A stretch of DNA of 64,000 bases, taken from Lingula anatina. Its lineage: Eukaryota > Animalia > Brachiopoda. A program made the position numbers and the translations under genes. The notes beneath the pieces are model-generated. The model ran no database searches. It saw nothing but the letters and a program-made list of their open reading frames with translations, and was not told the origin of the DNA. Shown piece after piece: positions 39,201 through 53,000 of this stretch; within the stretch, counting starts at the first letter, position 1; the number at the start of each line of letters is the position of its first letter. The DNA is taken from positions 5,084,001 through 5,148,000 of the forward strand of contig JBPQGU010000016.1 in assembly GCA_051362555.1 (NCBI GenBank), given 5' to 3'.

Positions 39201-41520
39201 TTCATCAAGTTTTTGCTCTATTTCTTCCTTAATGATGACACCACCACTCTTCCAGCACTTTATTCTTACTACAAATGACCGAACACACCTACCTGACACT
39301 ATAACTAAGAAAAAAATTTTTCATCCCTACCTGGCCAAAATTGAAGAAATCTCACAGTGCCGGCACTGATCAAAATCACTCAAAATCACCAAAAATCGAC
39401 CCGTCTCAGATTTTTCCAAAAAGTGACGAAAATCAATCTACCACACCTGTCATTCATAAAAAATGTGGAAATGCGCCCGGGTCACTTCATCAAGGCCCCC
39501 AATTCTAGCTTTAAAGATGATCCAAAAATGAGCTCTGAGAACAGAATCTGAGAGGGGGGGGGGGGAGACACAGTTTTTGCTCTATTTCTTCCTTAATGAT
39601 GACACCACCACTCTTCCAGCACTTTATTCTTACTACAAATGACCGAACACACCTACCTGACACTATAACGAAGAAAAAAATTTTTCATCCCTACCTGGCC
39701 AAAATTGAAGAAATCTCACAGTGCCGGCACTGATCAAAATCACTCAAAATCACCAAAAATCGACCCGTCTCAGATTTTTCCAAAAAGTGACGAAAATCAA
39801 TCTACCACACCTGTCATTCATAAAAAATGTGGAAACGCGCCCGGGTCACTTCATCAAGGCCCCCAATTCTAGCTTTAAAGATGATCCAAAAATGAGCTCT
39901 GAGAACAGAATCTGAGAGGGGGGGGGAGACACAGTTTTTGCTCTATTTCTTCCTTAATGATGACACCACCACTCTTCCAGCACTTTATTCTTACTACAAA
40001 TGACCGAACACACCTACCTGACACTATAACTAAGAAAAAAATTTTTCATCCCTACCTGGCCAAAATTGAAGAAATCTCACAGTGCCGGCACTGATCAAAA
40101 TCACTCAAAATCACCAAAAATCGACCCGTCTCAGATTTTTCCAAAAAGTGACGAAAATCAATCTACCACACCTGTCATTCATAAAAAATGTGGAAATGCG
40201 CCCGGGTCACTTCATCAAGGCCCCCAATTCTAGCTTTAAAGATGATCCAAAAATGAGCTCTGAGAACAGAATCTGAGAGGGGGGGGGGGAGACACAGTTT
40301 TTGCTCTATTTCTTCCTTAATGATGACACCACCACTCTTCCAGCACTTTATTCTTACTACAAATGACCGAACACACCTACCTGACACTATAACGAAGAAA
40401 AAAATTTTTCATCCCTACCTGGCCAAAATTGAAGAAATCTCACAGTGCCGGCACTGATCAAAATCACTCAAAATCACCAAAAATCGACCCGTCTCAGATT
40501 TTTCCAAAAAGTGACGAAAATCAATCTACCACACCTGTCATTCATAAAAAATGTGGAAACGCGCCCGGGTCACTTCATCAAGGCCCCCAATTCTAGCTTT
40601 AAAGATGATCCAAAAATGAGCTCTGAGAACAGAATCTGAGAGGGGGGGGGAGACACAGTTTTTGCTCTATTTCTTCCTTAATGATGACACCACCACTCTT
40701 CCAGCACTTTATTCTTACTACAAATGACCGAACACACCTACCTGACACTATAACGAAGAAAAAAATTTTTCATCCCTACCTGGCCAAAATTGAAGAAATC
40801 TCACAGTGCCGGCACTGATCAAAATCACTCAAAATCACCAAAAATCGACCCGTCTCAGATTTTTCCAAAAAGTGACGAAAATCAATCTACCACACCTGTC
40901 ATTCATAAAAAATGTGGAAACGCGCCCGGGTCACTTCATCAAGGCCCCAATTCTAGCTTTAAAGATGATCCAAAAATGAGCTCTGAGAAGAGAATCTGAG
41001 AGGGGGGGGAGACACAGTTTTTGCTCTATTTCTTCCTTAATGATGACACCACCACTCTTCCAGCACTTTATTCTTACTACAAATGACCGAACACACCTAC
41101 CTGACACTATAACGAAGAAAAAAATTTTTCATCCCTACCTGGCCAAAACTGAAGAAATCTCACAGTGACGGCACTGATCAAAATCACTCAAAATCACCAA
41201 AAATCGACCCGTCTCAGATTTTTCCTAAAAGTGACGAAAATCAATCTACCACACCTGTCATTCATAAAAAATGTGGAAACGCGCCCGGGTCACTTCATCA
41301 AGGCCCTCAATTCTAGCTTTAAAGATGATCCAAAAATGAGCTCTGAGAACAGAATCTGAGAGGGGGGAGGGAGACACAGTTTTTGCTCTATTTCTTCCTT
41401 AATGATGACACCACCACTCTTCCAGCACTTTATTCTTACTACAAATGACCGAACACACCTACCTGACACTATAACGAAGAAAAAAATTTTTCATCCCTAC
41501 CTGGCCAAAATTGAAGAAAT
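36255..41520 (-). repeat. 7-mer higher-order repeat (2455 bp, ~2.1 copies) containing a 285-bp deleted monomer
   Basis: ttcctaaaa/ggccctcaa monomers at 36255/38710/41165, catcaagtttttg junctions at ~36755/39210, and gagaagaga at ~38531/40986. Confidence 0.9.
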
Positions 41521-41526
41521 CTCACA

Positions 41527-43843
41527 GTGCCGGCACTGATCAAAATCACTCAAAATCACCAAAAATCGACCCGTCTCAGATTTTTCCAAAAAGTGACGAA
41601 AATCAATCTACCACACCTGTCATTCATAAAAAATGTGGAAACGCGCCCGGGTCACTTCATCAAGGCCCCCAATTCTAGCTTTAAAGATGATCCAAAAATG
41701 AGCTCTGAGAACAGAATCTGAGAGGGGGGGGGGGAGACACAGTTTTTGCTCTATTTCTTCCTTAATGATGACACCACCACTCTTCCAGCACTTTATTCTT
41801 ACTACAAATGACCGAACACACCTACCTGACACTATAACGAAGAAAAAAATTTTTCATCCCTACCTGGCCAAAACTGAAGAAATCTCACAGTGCCGGCACT
41901 GATCAAAATCACTCAAAATCACCAAAAATCGACCCGTCTTAGATTTTTCCAAAAAGTGACGAAAATCAATCTACCACACCTGTCATTCATAAAAAATGTG
42001 GAAACCCGCCCGGGTCACTTCATCAAGGCCCCAAATTCTAGCTTTAAAGATGATCCAAAAATGAGCTCTGAGAACAGAATCTGAGAGGGGGGGGGGGGGG
42101 GAGACAGTTTTTGCTCTATTTCTTCCTTAATGATGACACCACCACTCTTCCAGCACTTTATTCTTACTACAAATGACCGAACACACCTACCTGACACTAT
42201 AACGAAGAAAAAAATTTCTGAGAACAGAATCTGAGAGGGGGGAGGGAGACACAGTTTTTGCTCTATTTCTTCCTTAATGATGACACCACCACTCTTCCAG
42301 CACTTTATTCTTACTACAAATGACCGAACACACCTACCTGACACTATAACGAAGAAAAAATTTTTTCATCCCTACCTGGCCAAAATTGAAGAAATCTCAC
42401 AGTGCCGGCACTGATCAAAATCACTCAAAATCACCAAAAATCGACCCGTCTCAGATTTTTCCAAAAAGTGACGAAAATCAATCTACCACACCTGTCATTC
42501 ATAAAAAATGTGGAAACGCGCCCGGGTCACTTCATCAAGTTTTTGCTCTATTTCTTCCTTAATGATGACACCACCACTCTTCCAGCACTTTATTCTTACT
42601 ACAAATGACCGAACACACCTACCTGACACTATAACGAAGAAAAAAATTTTTCATCCCTACCTGGCCAAAATTGAAGAAATCTCACAGTGCCGGCACTGAT
42701 CAAAATCACTCAAAATCACCAAAAATCGACCCGTCTCAGATTTTTCCAAAAAGTGACGAAAATCAATCTACCACACCTGTCATTCATAAAAAATGTGGAA
42801 ACGCGCCCGGGTCACTTCATCAAGGCCCCCAATTCTAGCTTTAAAGATGATCCAAAAATGAGCTCTGAGAACAGAATCTGAGAGGGGGGGGGGAGACACA
42901 GTTTTTGCTCTATTTCTTCCTTAATGATGACACCACCACTCTTCCAGCACTTTATTCTTACTACAAATGACCGAACACACCTACCTGACACTATAACGAA
43001 GAAAAAAATTTTTCATCCCTACCTGGCCAAAACTGAAGAAATCTCACAGTGCCGGCACTGATCAAAATCACTCAAAATCACCAAAAATCGACCCGTCTTA
43101 GATTTTTCCAAAAAGTGACGAAAATCAATCTACCACACCTGTCATTCATAAAAAATGTGGAAACCCGCCCGGGTCACTTCATCAAGGCCCCAAATTCTAG
43201 CTTTAAAGATGATCCAAAAATGAGCTCTGAGAACAGAATCTGAGAGGGGGGGGGGGGGAGACAGTTTTTGCTCTATTTCTTCCTTAATGATGACACCACC
43301 ACTCTTCCAGCACTTTATTCTTACTACAAATGACCGAACACACCTACCTGACACTATAACGAAGAAAAAAATTTCTGAGAACAGAATCTGAGAGGGGGGA
43401 GGGAGACACAGTTTTTGCTCTATTTCTTCCTTAATGATGACACCACCACTCTTCCAGCACTTTATTCTTACTACAAATGACCGAACACACCTACCTGACA
43501 CTATAACGAAGAAAAAATTTTTTCATCCCTACCTGGCCAAAATTGAAGAAATCTCACAGTGCCGGCACTGATCAAAATCACTCAAAATCACCAAAAATCG
43601 ACCCGTCTCAGATTTTTCCAAAAAGTGACGAAAATCAATCTACCACACCTGTCATTCATAAAAAATGTGGAAACGCGCCCGGGTCACTTCATCAAGTTTT
43701 TGCTCTATTTCTTCCTTAATGATGACACCACCACTCTTCCAGCACTTTATTCTTACTACAAATGACCGAACACACCTACCTGACACTATAACGAAGAAAA
43801 AAATTTTTCATCCCTACCTGGCCAAAATTGAAGAAATCTCACA
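41527..43843 (-). repeat. 4-unit higher-order repeat (~1157 bp, x2) containing two truncated monomers (147 and 285 bp)
   Basis: Junction aaaatttctgagaac at 42218/43375, junction catcaagtttttg at ~42540/43696, and shared SNPs aaactgaag, gtcttaga, aacccgcc and cccaaattc. Confidence 0.9.
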
Positions 43844-46800
43844 GTGCCGGCACTGATCAAAATCACTCAAAATCACCAAAAATCGACCCGTCTCAGATTT
43901 TTCCAAAAAGTGACGAAAATCAATCTACCACACCTGTCATTCATAAAAAATGTGGAAACGCGCCCGGGTCACTTCATCAAGGCCCCCAATTCTAGCTTTA
44001 AAGATGATCCAAAAATGAGCTCTGAGAACAGAATCTGAGAGGGGGGGGGGGGGGAGACACAGTTTTTGCTCTATTTCTTCCTTAATGATGACACCACCAC
44101 TCTTCCAGCACTTTATTCTTACTACAAATGACCGAACACACCTACCTGACACTATAACGAAGAAAAAAATTTTTCATCCCTACCTGGCCAAAATTGAAGA
44201 AATCTCACAGTGCCGGCACTGATCAAAATCACTCAAAATCACCAAAAATCGACCCGTCTCAGATTTTTCCAAAAAGTGACGAAAATCAATCTACCACACC
44301 TGTCATTCATAAAAAATGTGGAAACGCGCCCGGGTCACTTCATCAAGGCCCCCAATTCTAGCTTTAAAGATGATCCAAAAATGAGCTCTGAGAACAGAAT
44401 CTGAGAGGGGGGGGGGGAGACACAGTTTTTGCTCTATTTCTTCCTTAATGATGACACCACCACTCTTCCAGAACTTTATTCTTACTACAAATGACCGAAC
44501 ACACCTACCTGACACTATAACGAAGAAAAAAATTTTTCATCCCTACCTGGCCAAAATTGAAGAAATCTCACAGTGCCGGCACTGATCAAAATCACTCAAA
44601 ATCACCAAAAATCGACCCGTCTCAGATTTTTCCAAAAAGTGACGAAAATCAATCTACCACACCTGTCATTCATAAAAAATGTGGAAACGCGCCCGGGTCA
44701 CTTCATCAAGGCCCCCAATTCTAGCTTTAAAGATGATCCAAAAATGAGCTCTGAGAACAGAATCTGAGAGGGGGGGGGGAGACACAGTTTTTGCTCTATT
44801 TCTTCCTTAATGATGACACCACCACTCTTCCAGCACTTTATTCTTACTACAAATGACCGAACACACCTACCTGACACTATAACGAAGAAAAAAATTTTTC
44901 ATCCCTACCTGGCCAAAATTGAAGAAATCTCACAGTGCCGGCACTGATCAAAATCACTCAAAATCACCAAAAATCGACCCGTCTCAGATTTTTCCAAAAA
45001 GTGACGAAAATCAATCTACCACACCTGTCATTCATAAAAAATGTGGAAACGCGCCCGGGTCACTTCATCAAGGCCCCCAATTCTAGCTTTAAAGATAATC
45101 CAAAAATGAGCTCTGAGAACAGAATCTGAGAGGGGGGGGGAGACACAGTTTTTGCTCTATTTCTTCCTTAATGATGACACCACCACTCTTCCAGCACTTT
45201 ATTCTTACTACAAATGACCAAACACACCTACCTGACACTATAACGAAGAAAAAAATTTTTCATCCCTACCTGGCCAAAATTGAAGAAATCTCACAGTGCC
45301 GGCAATGATCAAAATCACTCAAAATCACCAAAAATCGACCCGTCTCAGATTTTTCCAAAAAGTGACGAAAATCAATCTACCACACCTGTCATTCATAAAA
45401 AATGTGGAAACGCGCCCGGGTCACTTCATCAAGGCCCCCAATTCTAGCTTTAAAGATGATCCAAAAATGAGCTCTGAGAACAGAATCTGAGGGGGGGGGG
45501 GGGAGACACAGTTTTTGCTCTATTTCTTCCTTAATGATGACACCACCACTCTTCCAGCACTTTATTCTTACTACAAATGACCGAACACACCTACCTGACA
45601 CTATAACGAAGAAAAAAATTTTTCATCCCTACCTGGCCAAAATTGAAGAAATCTCACAGTGCCGGCACTGATCAAAATCACTCAAAATCACCAAAAATCG
45701 ACCCGTCTCAGATTTTTCCAAAAAGTGACGAAAATCAATCTACCACACCTGTCATTCATAAAAAATGTGGAAACGCGCCCGGGTCACTTCATCAAGGCCC
45801 CCAATTCTAGCTTTAAAGATGATCCAAAAATGAGCTCTGAGAACAGAATCTGAGAGGGGGGGGGGAGACACAGTTTTTGCTCTATTTCTTCCTTAATGAT
45901 GACACCACCACTCTTCCAGCACTTTATTTTTACTACAAATGACCGAACACACCTACCTGACACTATAACGAAGAAAAAAATTTTTCATCCCTACCTGGCC
46001 AAAATTGAAGAAATCTCACAGTGCTGGCACTGATCAAAATCACTCAAAATCACCAAAAATCGACCCGTCTCAGATTTTTCCAAAAAGTGACGAAAATCAA
46101 TCTACCACACCTGTCATTCATAAAAAATGTGGAAACGCGCCCGGGTCACTTCATCAAGGCCCCCAATTCTAGCTTTAAAGATGATCCAAAAATGAGCTCT
46201 GAGAACAGAATCTGAGAGGGGGGGGGGAGACACAGTTTTTGCTCTATTTCTTCATTAATGATGACACCACCACTCTTCCAGCACTTTATTCTTACTACAA
46301 ATGACCGAACACACCTACCTGACACTATAACGAAGAAAAAAATTTTTCATCCCTACCTGGCCAAAATTGAAGAAATCTCACAGTGCCGGCACTGATCAAA
46401 ATCACTCAAAATCACCAAAAATCGACCCGTCTCAGATTTTTCCAAAAAGTGACGAAAATCAATCTACCACACCTGTCATTCATAAAAAATGTGGAAACCC
46501 GCCCGGGTCACTTCATCAAGGCCCCCAATTCTAGCTTTAAAGATGATCCAAAAATGAGCTCTTAGAACAGAATCTGAGAGGGGGGGGGGAGAGACACAGT
46601 TTTTGCTCTATTTCTTCCTTAATGATGACACCACCACTCTTCCAGCACTTTATTCTTACTACAAATGACTGAACACACCTACCTGACACTATAACGAAGA
46701 AAAAAATTTTTCATCCCTACCTGGCCAAAATTGAAGAAATCTCACAGTGCCGACACTGATCAAAATCACTCAAAATCACCAAAAATCGACCCGTCTCAGA

Positions 46801-47089
46801 TTTTTCCAAAAAGTGACGAAAATCAATCTACCACACCTGTCATTCATAAAAAATGTGGAAACGCGCCCGGGTCACTTCATCAAGGCCCCCAATTCTAGCT
46901 TTAAAGATGATCCAAAAATGAGCTCTGAGAACAGAATCTGAGAGGGGGGGGGGAGACACAGTTTTTGCTCTATTTCTTCCTTAATGATGACACCACCACT
47001 CTTCCAGCACTTTATTCTTACTACAAATGACCGAACACACCTACCTGACACTATAACGAAGAAAAAAATTTTTCATCCCTACCTGGCCA

Positions 47090-50000
47090 AAATTGAAGAA
47101 ATCTCACAGTGCCGGCACTGATCAAAATCACTCAAAATCACCAAAAATCGACCCGTCTCAGATTTTTCCAAAAAGTGACGAAAATCAATCTACCACACCT
47201 GTCATTCATAAAAATGTGGAAACGCGCCCGGGTCACTTCATCAAGGACCCCAACTCTAGCTTTAAAGATGATCCAAAAATGAGCTCTGAGAACAGAATCT
47301 GAGAGGGGGGGGGGGGGGGAAACACAGTTTTTGCTCTATTTCTTCCTTAATGATGACACCACCACTCTTCCAGCACTTATTCTTACTACAAATGACCGAA
47401 CACACCTACCTGACACTATAACGAAGAAAAACATTTTTCATCCCTACCTGGCCAAAATTGAAGAAATCTCACAGTGCCGACACTGATCAAAATCACTCAA
47501 AATCACCAAAAATCGACCCCATCTTAGATTTTTCCAAAAAGTGACGAAAATCAATCTACCACACCTGTCATTCATAAAAAATGCGGAAACGCGCCCGGGT
47601 CACTTCATCAAGGCCCCCAATTCTAGCTTTAAAGATGATCCAAAAATGAGCTTTGATACAGAATCTGAGAGGGGGGGGGAGACACAGTTTTTGCTCTATT
47701 TCTTCCTTAATGATGACACCACCACTCTTCCAGCACTTTATTTTTACTACAAATGACCGAACACACCTACCTGACACTATAACGAAGAAAAAAATTTTTC
47801 ATCCCTACCTGGCCAAAATTGAAGAAATCTCACAGTGCTGGCACTGATCAAAATCACTCAAAATCACCAAAAATCGACCCGTCTCAGATTTTTCCAAAAA
47901 GTGATGAAAATCAATCTACCACACCTGTCATTCATAAAAAATGTGGAAACGCGCCCGGGGTCACTTCATCAAGGCCCCCAATTCTAGCTTTAAAGATGAT
48001 CCAAAAATGAGCTCTGAGACAGAATCTGAGAGGGGGGGGGGGGAGACACAGTTTTTGCTCTATTTCTTCCTTAATGATGACACCACCACTCTTCCAGCAC
48101 TTTATTCTTACTACAAATGACTGAACACACCTACCTGACACTATAACGAAGAAAAAAATTTTTCATCCCTACCTGGCCAAAATTGAAGAAATCTCACAGT
48201 GCCGGACACTGATCAAAATCACTCAAAATCACCAAAAATCGACCCGTCTCAGATTTTTCCAAAAGTGACGAAAATCAATCTACCACACCTGTCATTCATA
48301 AAAAATGTGGAAACGCGCCCGGGTCACTTCATCAAGGCCCCCAATTCTAGCTTTAAAGATGATCCAAAAATGAGCTCTGAGAACAGAATCTGAGAGGGGG
48401 GGGGGGAGACACAGTTTTTGCTCTATTTCTTCCTTAATGATGACACCACCACTCTTCCAGCACTTTATTCTTACTACAAATGACCGAACACACCTACCTG
48501 ACACTATAACGAAGAAAAAAATTTTTCATCCCTACCTGGCCAAAATTGAAGAAATCTCACAGTGCCGGCACTGATCAAAATCACTCAAAATCACCAAAAA
48601 TCGACCCGTCTCAGATTTTTCCAAAAAGTGACGAAAATCAATCTACCACACCTGTCATTCATAAAAAATGTGGAAACGCGCCCGGGTCACTTCATCAAGG
48701 CCCCCAATTCTAGCTTTAAAGATGATCCAAAAATGAGCTCTGAGAACAGAATCTGAGAGGGGGGGGGGGAGACACAGTTTTTGCTCTATTTCTTCCTTAA
48801 TGATGACACCACCACTCTTCCAGCACTTTATTCTTACTACAAATGACTGAACACACCTACCTGACACTATAACGAAGAAAAAAATTTTTTCATCCCTACC
48901 TGGCCAAAATTGAAGAAATCTCACAGTGCCGACACTGATCAAAATCACTCAAAATCACCAAAAATCGACCCGTCTCAGATTTTTCCAAAAAGTGACGAAA
49001 ATCAATCTACCACACCTGTCATTCATAAAAAATGTGGAAACGCGCCCGGGTCACTTCATCAAGGCCCCCAATTCTAGCTTTAAAGATGATCCAAAAATGA
49101 GCTCTGAGAACAGAATCTGAGAGGGGGGGGGAGAGACAGTTTTTGCTCTATTTCTTCCTTAATGATGACACCACCACTCTTCCAGCACTTGATTCTTACT
49201 ACAAATGAACGAACACACCTACCTGACACTATAACGAAGAAAAACATTTTTCATCCCTACCTGGCCAAAATTGAAGAAATCTCACAGTGCCGACACTGAT
49301 CAAAATCACTCAAAATCACCAAAAATCGACCCGTCTCAGATTTTTCCAAAAAGTGACGAAAATCAATCTACCACACCTGTCATTCATAAAAAATGTGGAA
49401 ACGCGCCCGGGTCACTTCATCAAGGCCAACAATTCTAGCTTTAAAGATGATCCAAAAATGAGCTCTGAGAACAGAATCTGAGAGGGGGGGGGGGGGGGAG
49501 ACACAGTTTTTGCTCTATTTCTTCCTTAATGATGACACCACCACTCTTTCAGCACTTTATTCTTACTACAAATGACCGAACACACCTACCTGACACTATA
49601 ACAAAGAAAAAAATTTTTCATCCCTACCTGGCCAAAATTGAAGAAATCTCACAGTGCCGGCACTGATCAAAATCACTCAAAATCACCAAAAATCGACCCA
49701 TCTTAGATTTTTCCAAAAAGTGACGAAAATCAATCTACCACACCTGTCATTCATAAAAAATGCGGAAACGCGCCCGGGTCACTTCATCAAGGCCCCCAAT
49801 TCTAGCTTTAAGATGATCCAAAAATGAGCTTTGATAACAGAATCTGAGAGGGGGGGGGGAGACACAGTTTTTGCTCTATTTCTTCCTTAATGATGACACC
49901 ACCACTCTTCCAGCACTTTATTCTTACTACAAATGACCGAACACACCTACCTGACACTATAACGAAGAAAAAAATTTTTCATCCCTACCTGGCCAAAATT

Positions 50001-53000
50001 GAAGAAATCTCACAGTGCCGGCACTGATCAAAATCACTCAAAATCACCAAAAATCGACCCTTCTCAGATTTTTCCAAAAAGTGACGAAAATCAATCTACC
50101 ACACCTGTCATTCATAAAAAATGTGGAAACGCGCCCGGGTCACTTCATCAAGGCCCCCAATTCTAGCTTTAAAGATGATCCAAAAATGAGCTCTGAGAAC
50201 AGAATCTGAGAGGGGGGGGTGGAGACACAGTTTTTGCTCTATTTCTTCATTAATGATGACACCACCACTCTTCCAGCACTTTATTCTTACTACAAATGAC
50301 CGAACACACCTACCTGACACTATAACGAAGAAAAAAATTTTTCATCCCTACCTGGCCAAAATTGAAGAAATCTCACAGTGCCGGCACTGATCAAAATCAC
50401 TCAAAATCACCAAAAATCGACCCGTCTCAGATTTTCCAAAAAGTGACGAAAATCAATCTACCACACCTGTCATTCATAAAAAATGTGGAAACGCGCCCGG
50501 GTCACTTCATCAAGGCCCCCAATTCTAGCTTTAAAGATGATCCAAAAATGAGCTCTGAGAACAGAATCTGAGAGGGGGGGGGGGGGGAGACACAGTTTTT
50601 GCTCTATTTCTTCCTTAATGATGACACCACCACTCTTCCAGCACTTTATTCTTACTACAAATGACCGAACACACCTACCTGACACTATAACGAAGAAAAA
50701 AATTTTTCATCCCTACCTGGCCAAAATTGAAGAAATCTCACAGTGCCGGCACTGATCAAAATCACTCAAAATCACCAAAAATCGACCCGTCTCAGATTTT
50801 TCCAAAAAGTGACGAAAATCAATCTACCACACTGTCATTCATAAAAATGTGGAAACGCGCCCCGGGTCACTTCATCAAGGCCCCCAATTCTAGCTTTAAA
50901 GATGATCCAAAAATGAGCTCTGAGAACAGAATCTGAGAGGGGGGGGGGGGGAGACACAGTTTTTGCTCTATTTCTTCCTTAATGATGACACCACCACTCT
51001 TCCAGCACTTTATTCTTACTACAAATGACCGAACACACCTACCTGACACTATAACGAAGAAAAAAATTTTTCATCCCTACCTGGCCAAAATTGAAGAAAT
51101 CTCACAGTGCCGGCACTGATCAAAATCACTCAAAATCACCAAAAATCGACCCGTCTCAGATTTTTCCAAAAAGTGACGAAAATCAATCTACCACACCTGT
51201 CATTCATAAAAAATGTGGAAACGCGCCCGGGTCACTTCATCAAGGCCCCCAATTCTAGCTTTAAAGATGATCCAAAAATGAGCTCTGAGAACAGAATCTG
51301 AGAGGGGGGGGGGGAGACACAGTTTTTGCTCTATTTCTTCCTTAATGATGACACCACCCACCTCTTCCAGCACTTTATTCTTACTACAAATGACCGAACA
51401 CACCTACCTGACACTATAACGAAGAAAAAAATTTTTCATCCCTACCTGGCCAAAATTGAAGAAATCTCACAGTGCCGGCACTGATCAAAATCACTCAAAA
51501 TCACCAAAAATCGACCCGTCTCAGATTTTTCCAAAAAGTGACGAAAATCAATCTACCACACCTGTCATTCATAAAAAATGTGGAAACGCGCCCGGGTCAC
51601 TTCATCAAGGCCCCAATTCTAGCTTTAAAGATGATCCAAAAATGAGCTCTGAGAACAGAATCTGAGAGGGGGGGGGGGAGACACAGTTTTTGCTCTATTT
51701 CTTCCTTAATGATAACACCACCACTCTTCCAGCACTTTATTCTTACTACAAATGACCGAACACACCTACCTGACACTATAACGAAGAAAAAAATTTTTCA
51801 TCCCTACCTGGCCAAAATTGAAGAAATCTCACAGTGCCGGCACTGATCAAAATCACTCAAAATCACCAAAAATCGACCCGTCTCAGATTTTTCCAAAAAG
51901 TGACGAAAATCAATCTACCACACCTGTCATTCATAAAAAATGTGGAAACGCGCCCGGGTCACTTCATCAAGGCCAATTCTAGCTTTAAAGATGATCCAAA
52001 AATGAGCTCTGAGAACAGAATCTGAGAGGGGGGGGGGAGACACAGTTTTTGCTCTATTTCTTCCTTAATGATGACACCACCACTCTTCCAGCACTTTATT
52101 CTTACTACAAATGACCGAACACACCTACCTGACACTATAACGAAGAAAAAAATTTTTCATCCTACCTGGCCAAAAGTGAAGAAATCTCACAGTGCCGGCA
52201 CTGATCAAAATCACTCACAAAATCACCAAAAATCAACCCGTCTCAGATTTTTCCAAAAAGTGACGAAAATCAATCTACCACACCTGTCATTCATAAAAAA
52301 TGTGGAAACGCGCCCGGGTCACTTCATCAAGGCCCCCAATTCTAGCTTTAAAGATGATCCAAAAATGAGCTCTGAGAACAGAATCTGAGAGGGGGGGGGG
52401 GGGAGACACAGTTTTTGCTCTATTTCTTCCTTAATGATGACACCACCACTCTTCCAGCATTTTATTCTTACAACAAATGACCGAACACACCTACCTGACA
52501 CTATAACTAAGAAAAAAATTTTTCATCCCTACCTGGCCAAAATTGAAGAAATCTCACAGTGCCGGCACTGATCAAAATCACTCAAAATCACCAAAAATCG
52601 ACCCGTCTCAGATTTTTCCAAAAAGTGACGAAAATCAATCTACCACACCTGTCATTCATAAAAAATGTGGAAACGCGCCCGGGTCACTTCATCAAGGCCC
52701 CCAATTCTAGCTTTAAAGATGATCCAAAAATGAGCTCTGAGAACAGAATCTGAGAGGGGGGGGGGAGACACAGTTTTTGCTCTATTTCTTCCTTAATGAT
52801 GACACCACCACTCTTCCAGCACTTTATTCTTACTACAAATGACCGAACACACCTACCTGACACTATAACGAAGAAAAAAATTTTTCATCCCTACCTGGCC
52901 AAAATTGAAGAAATCTCACAGTGCCGGCACTGATCAAAATCACTCAAAATCACCAAAAATCGACCCGTCTCAGATTTTTCCAAAAAGTGACGAAAATCAA

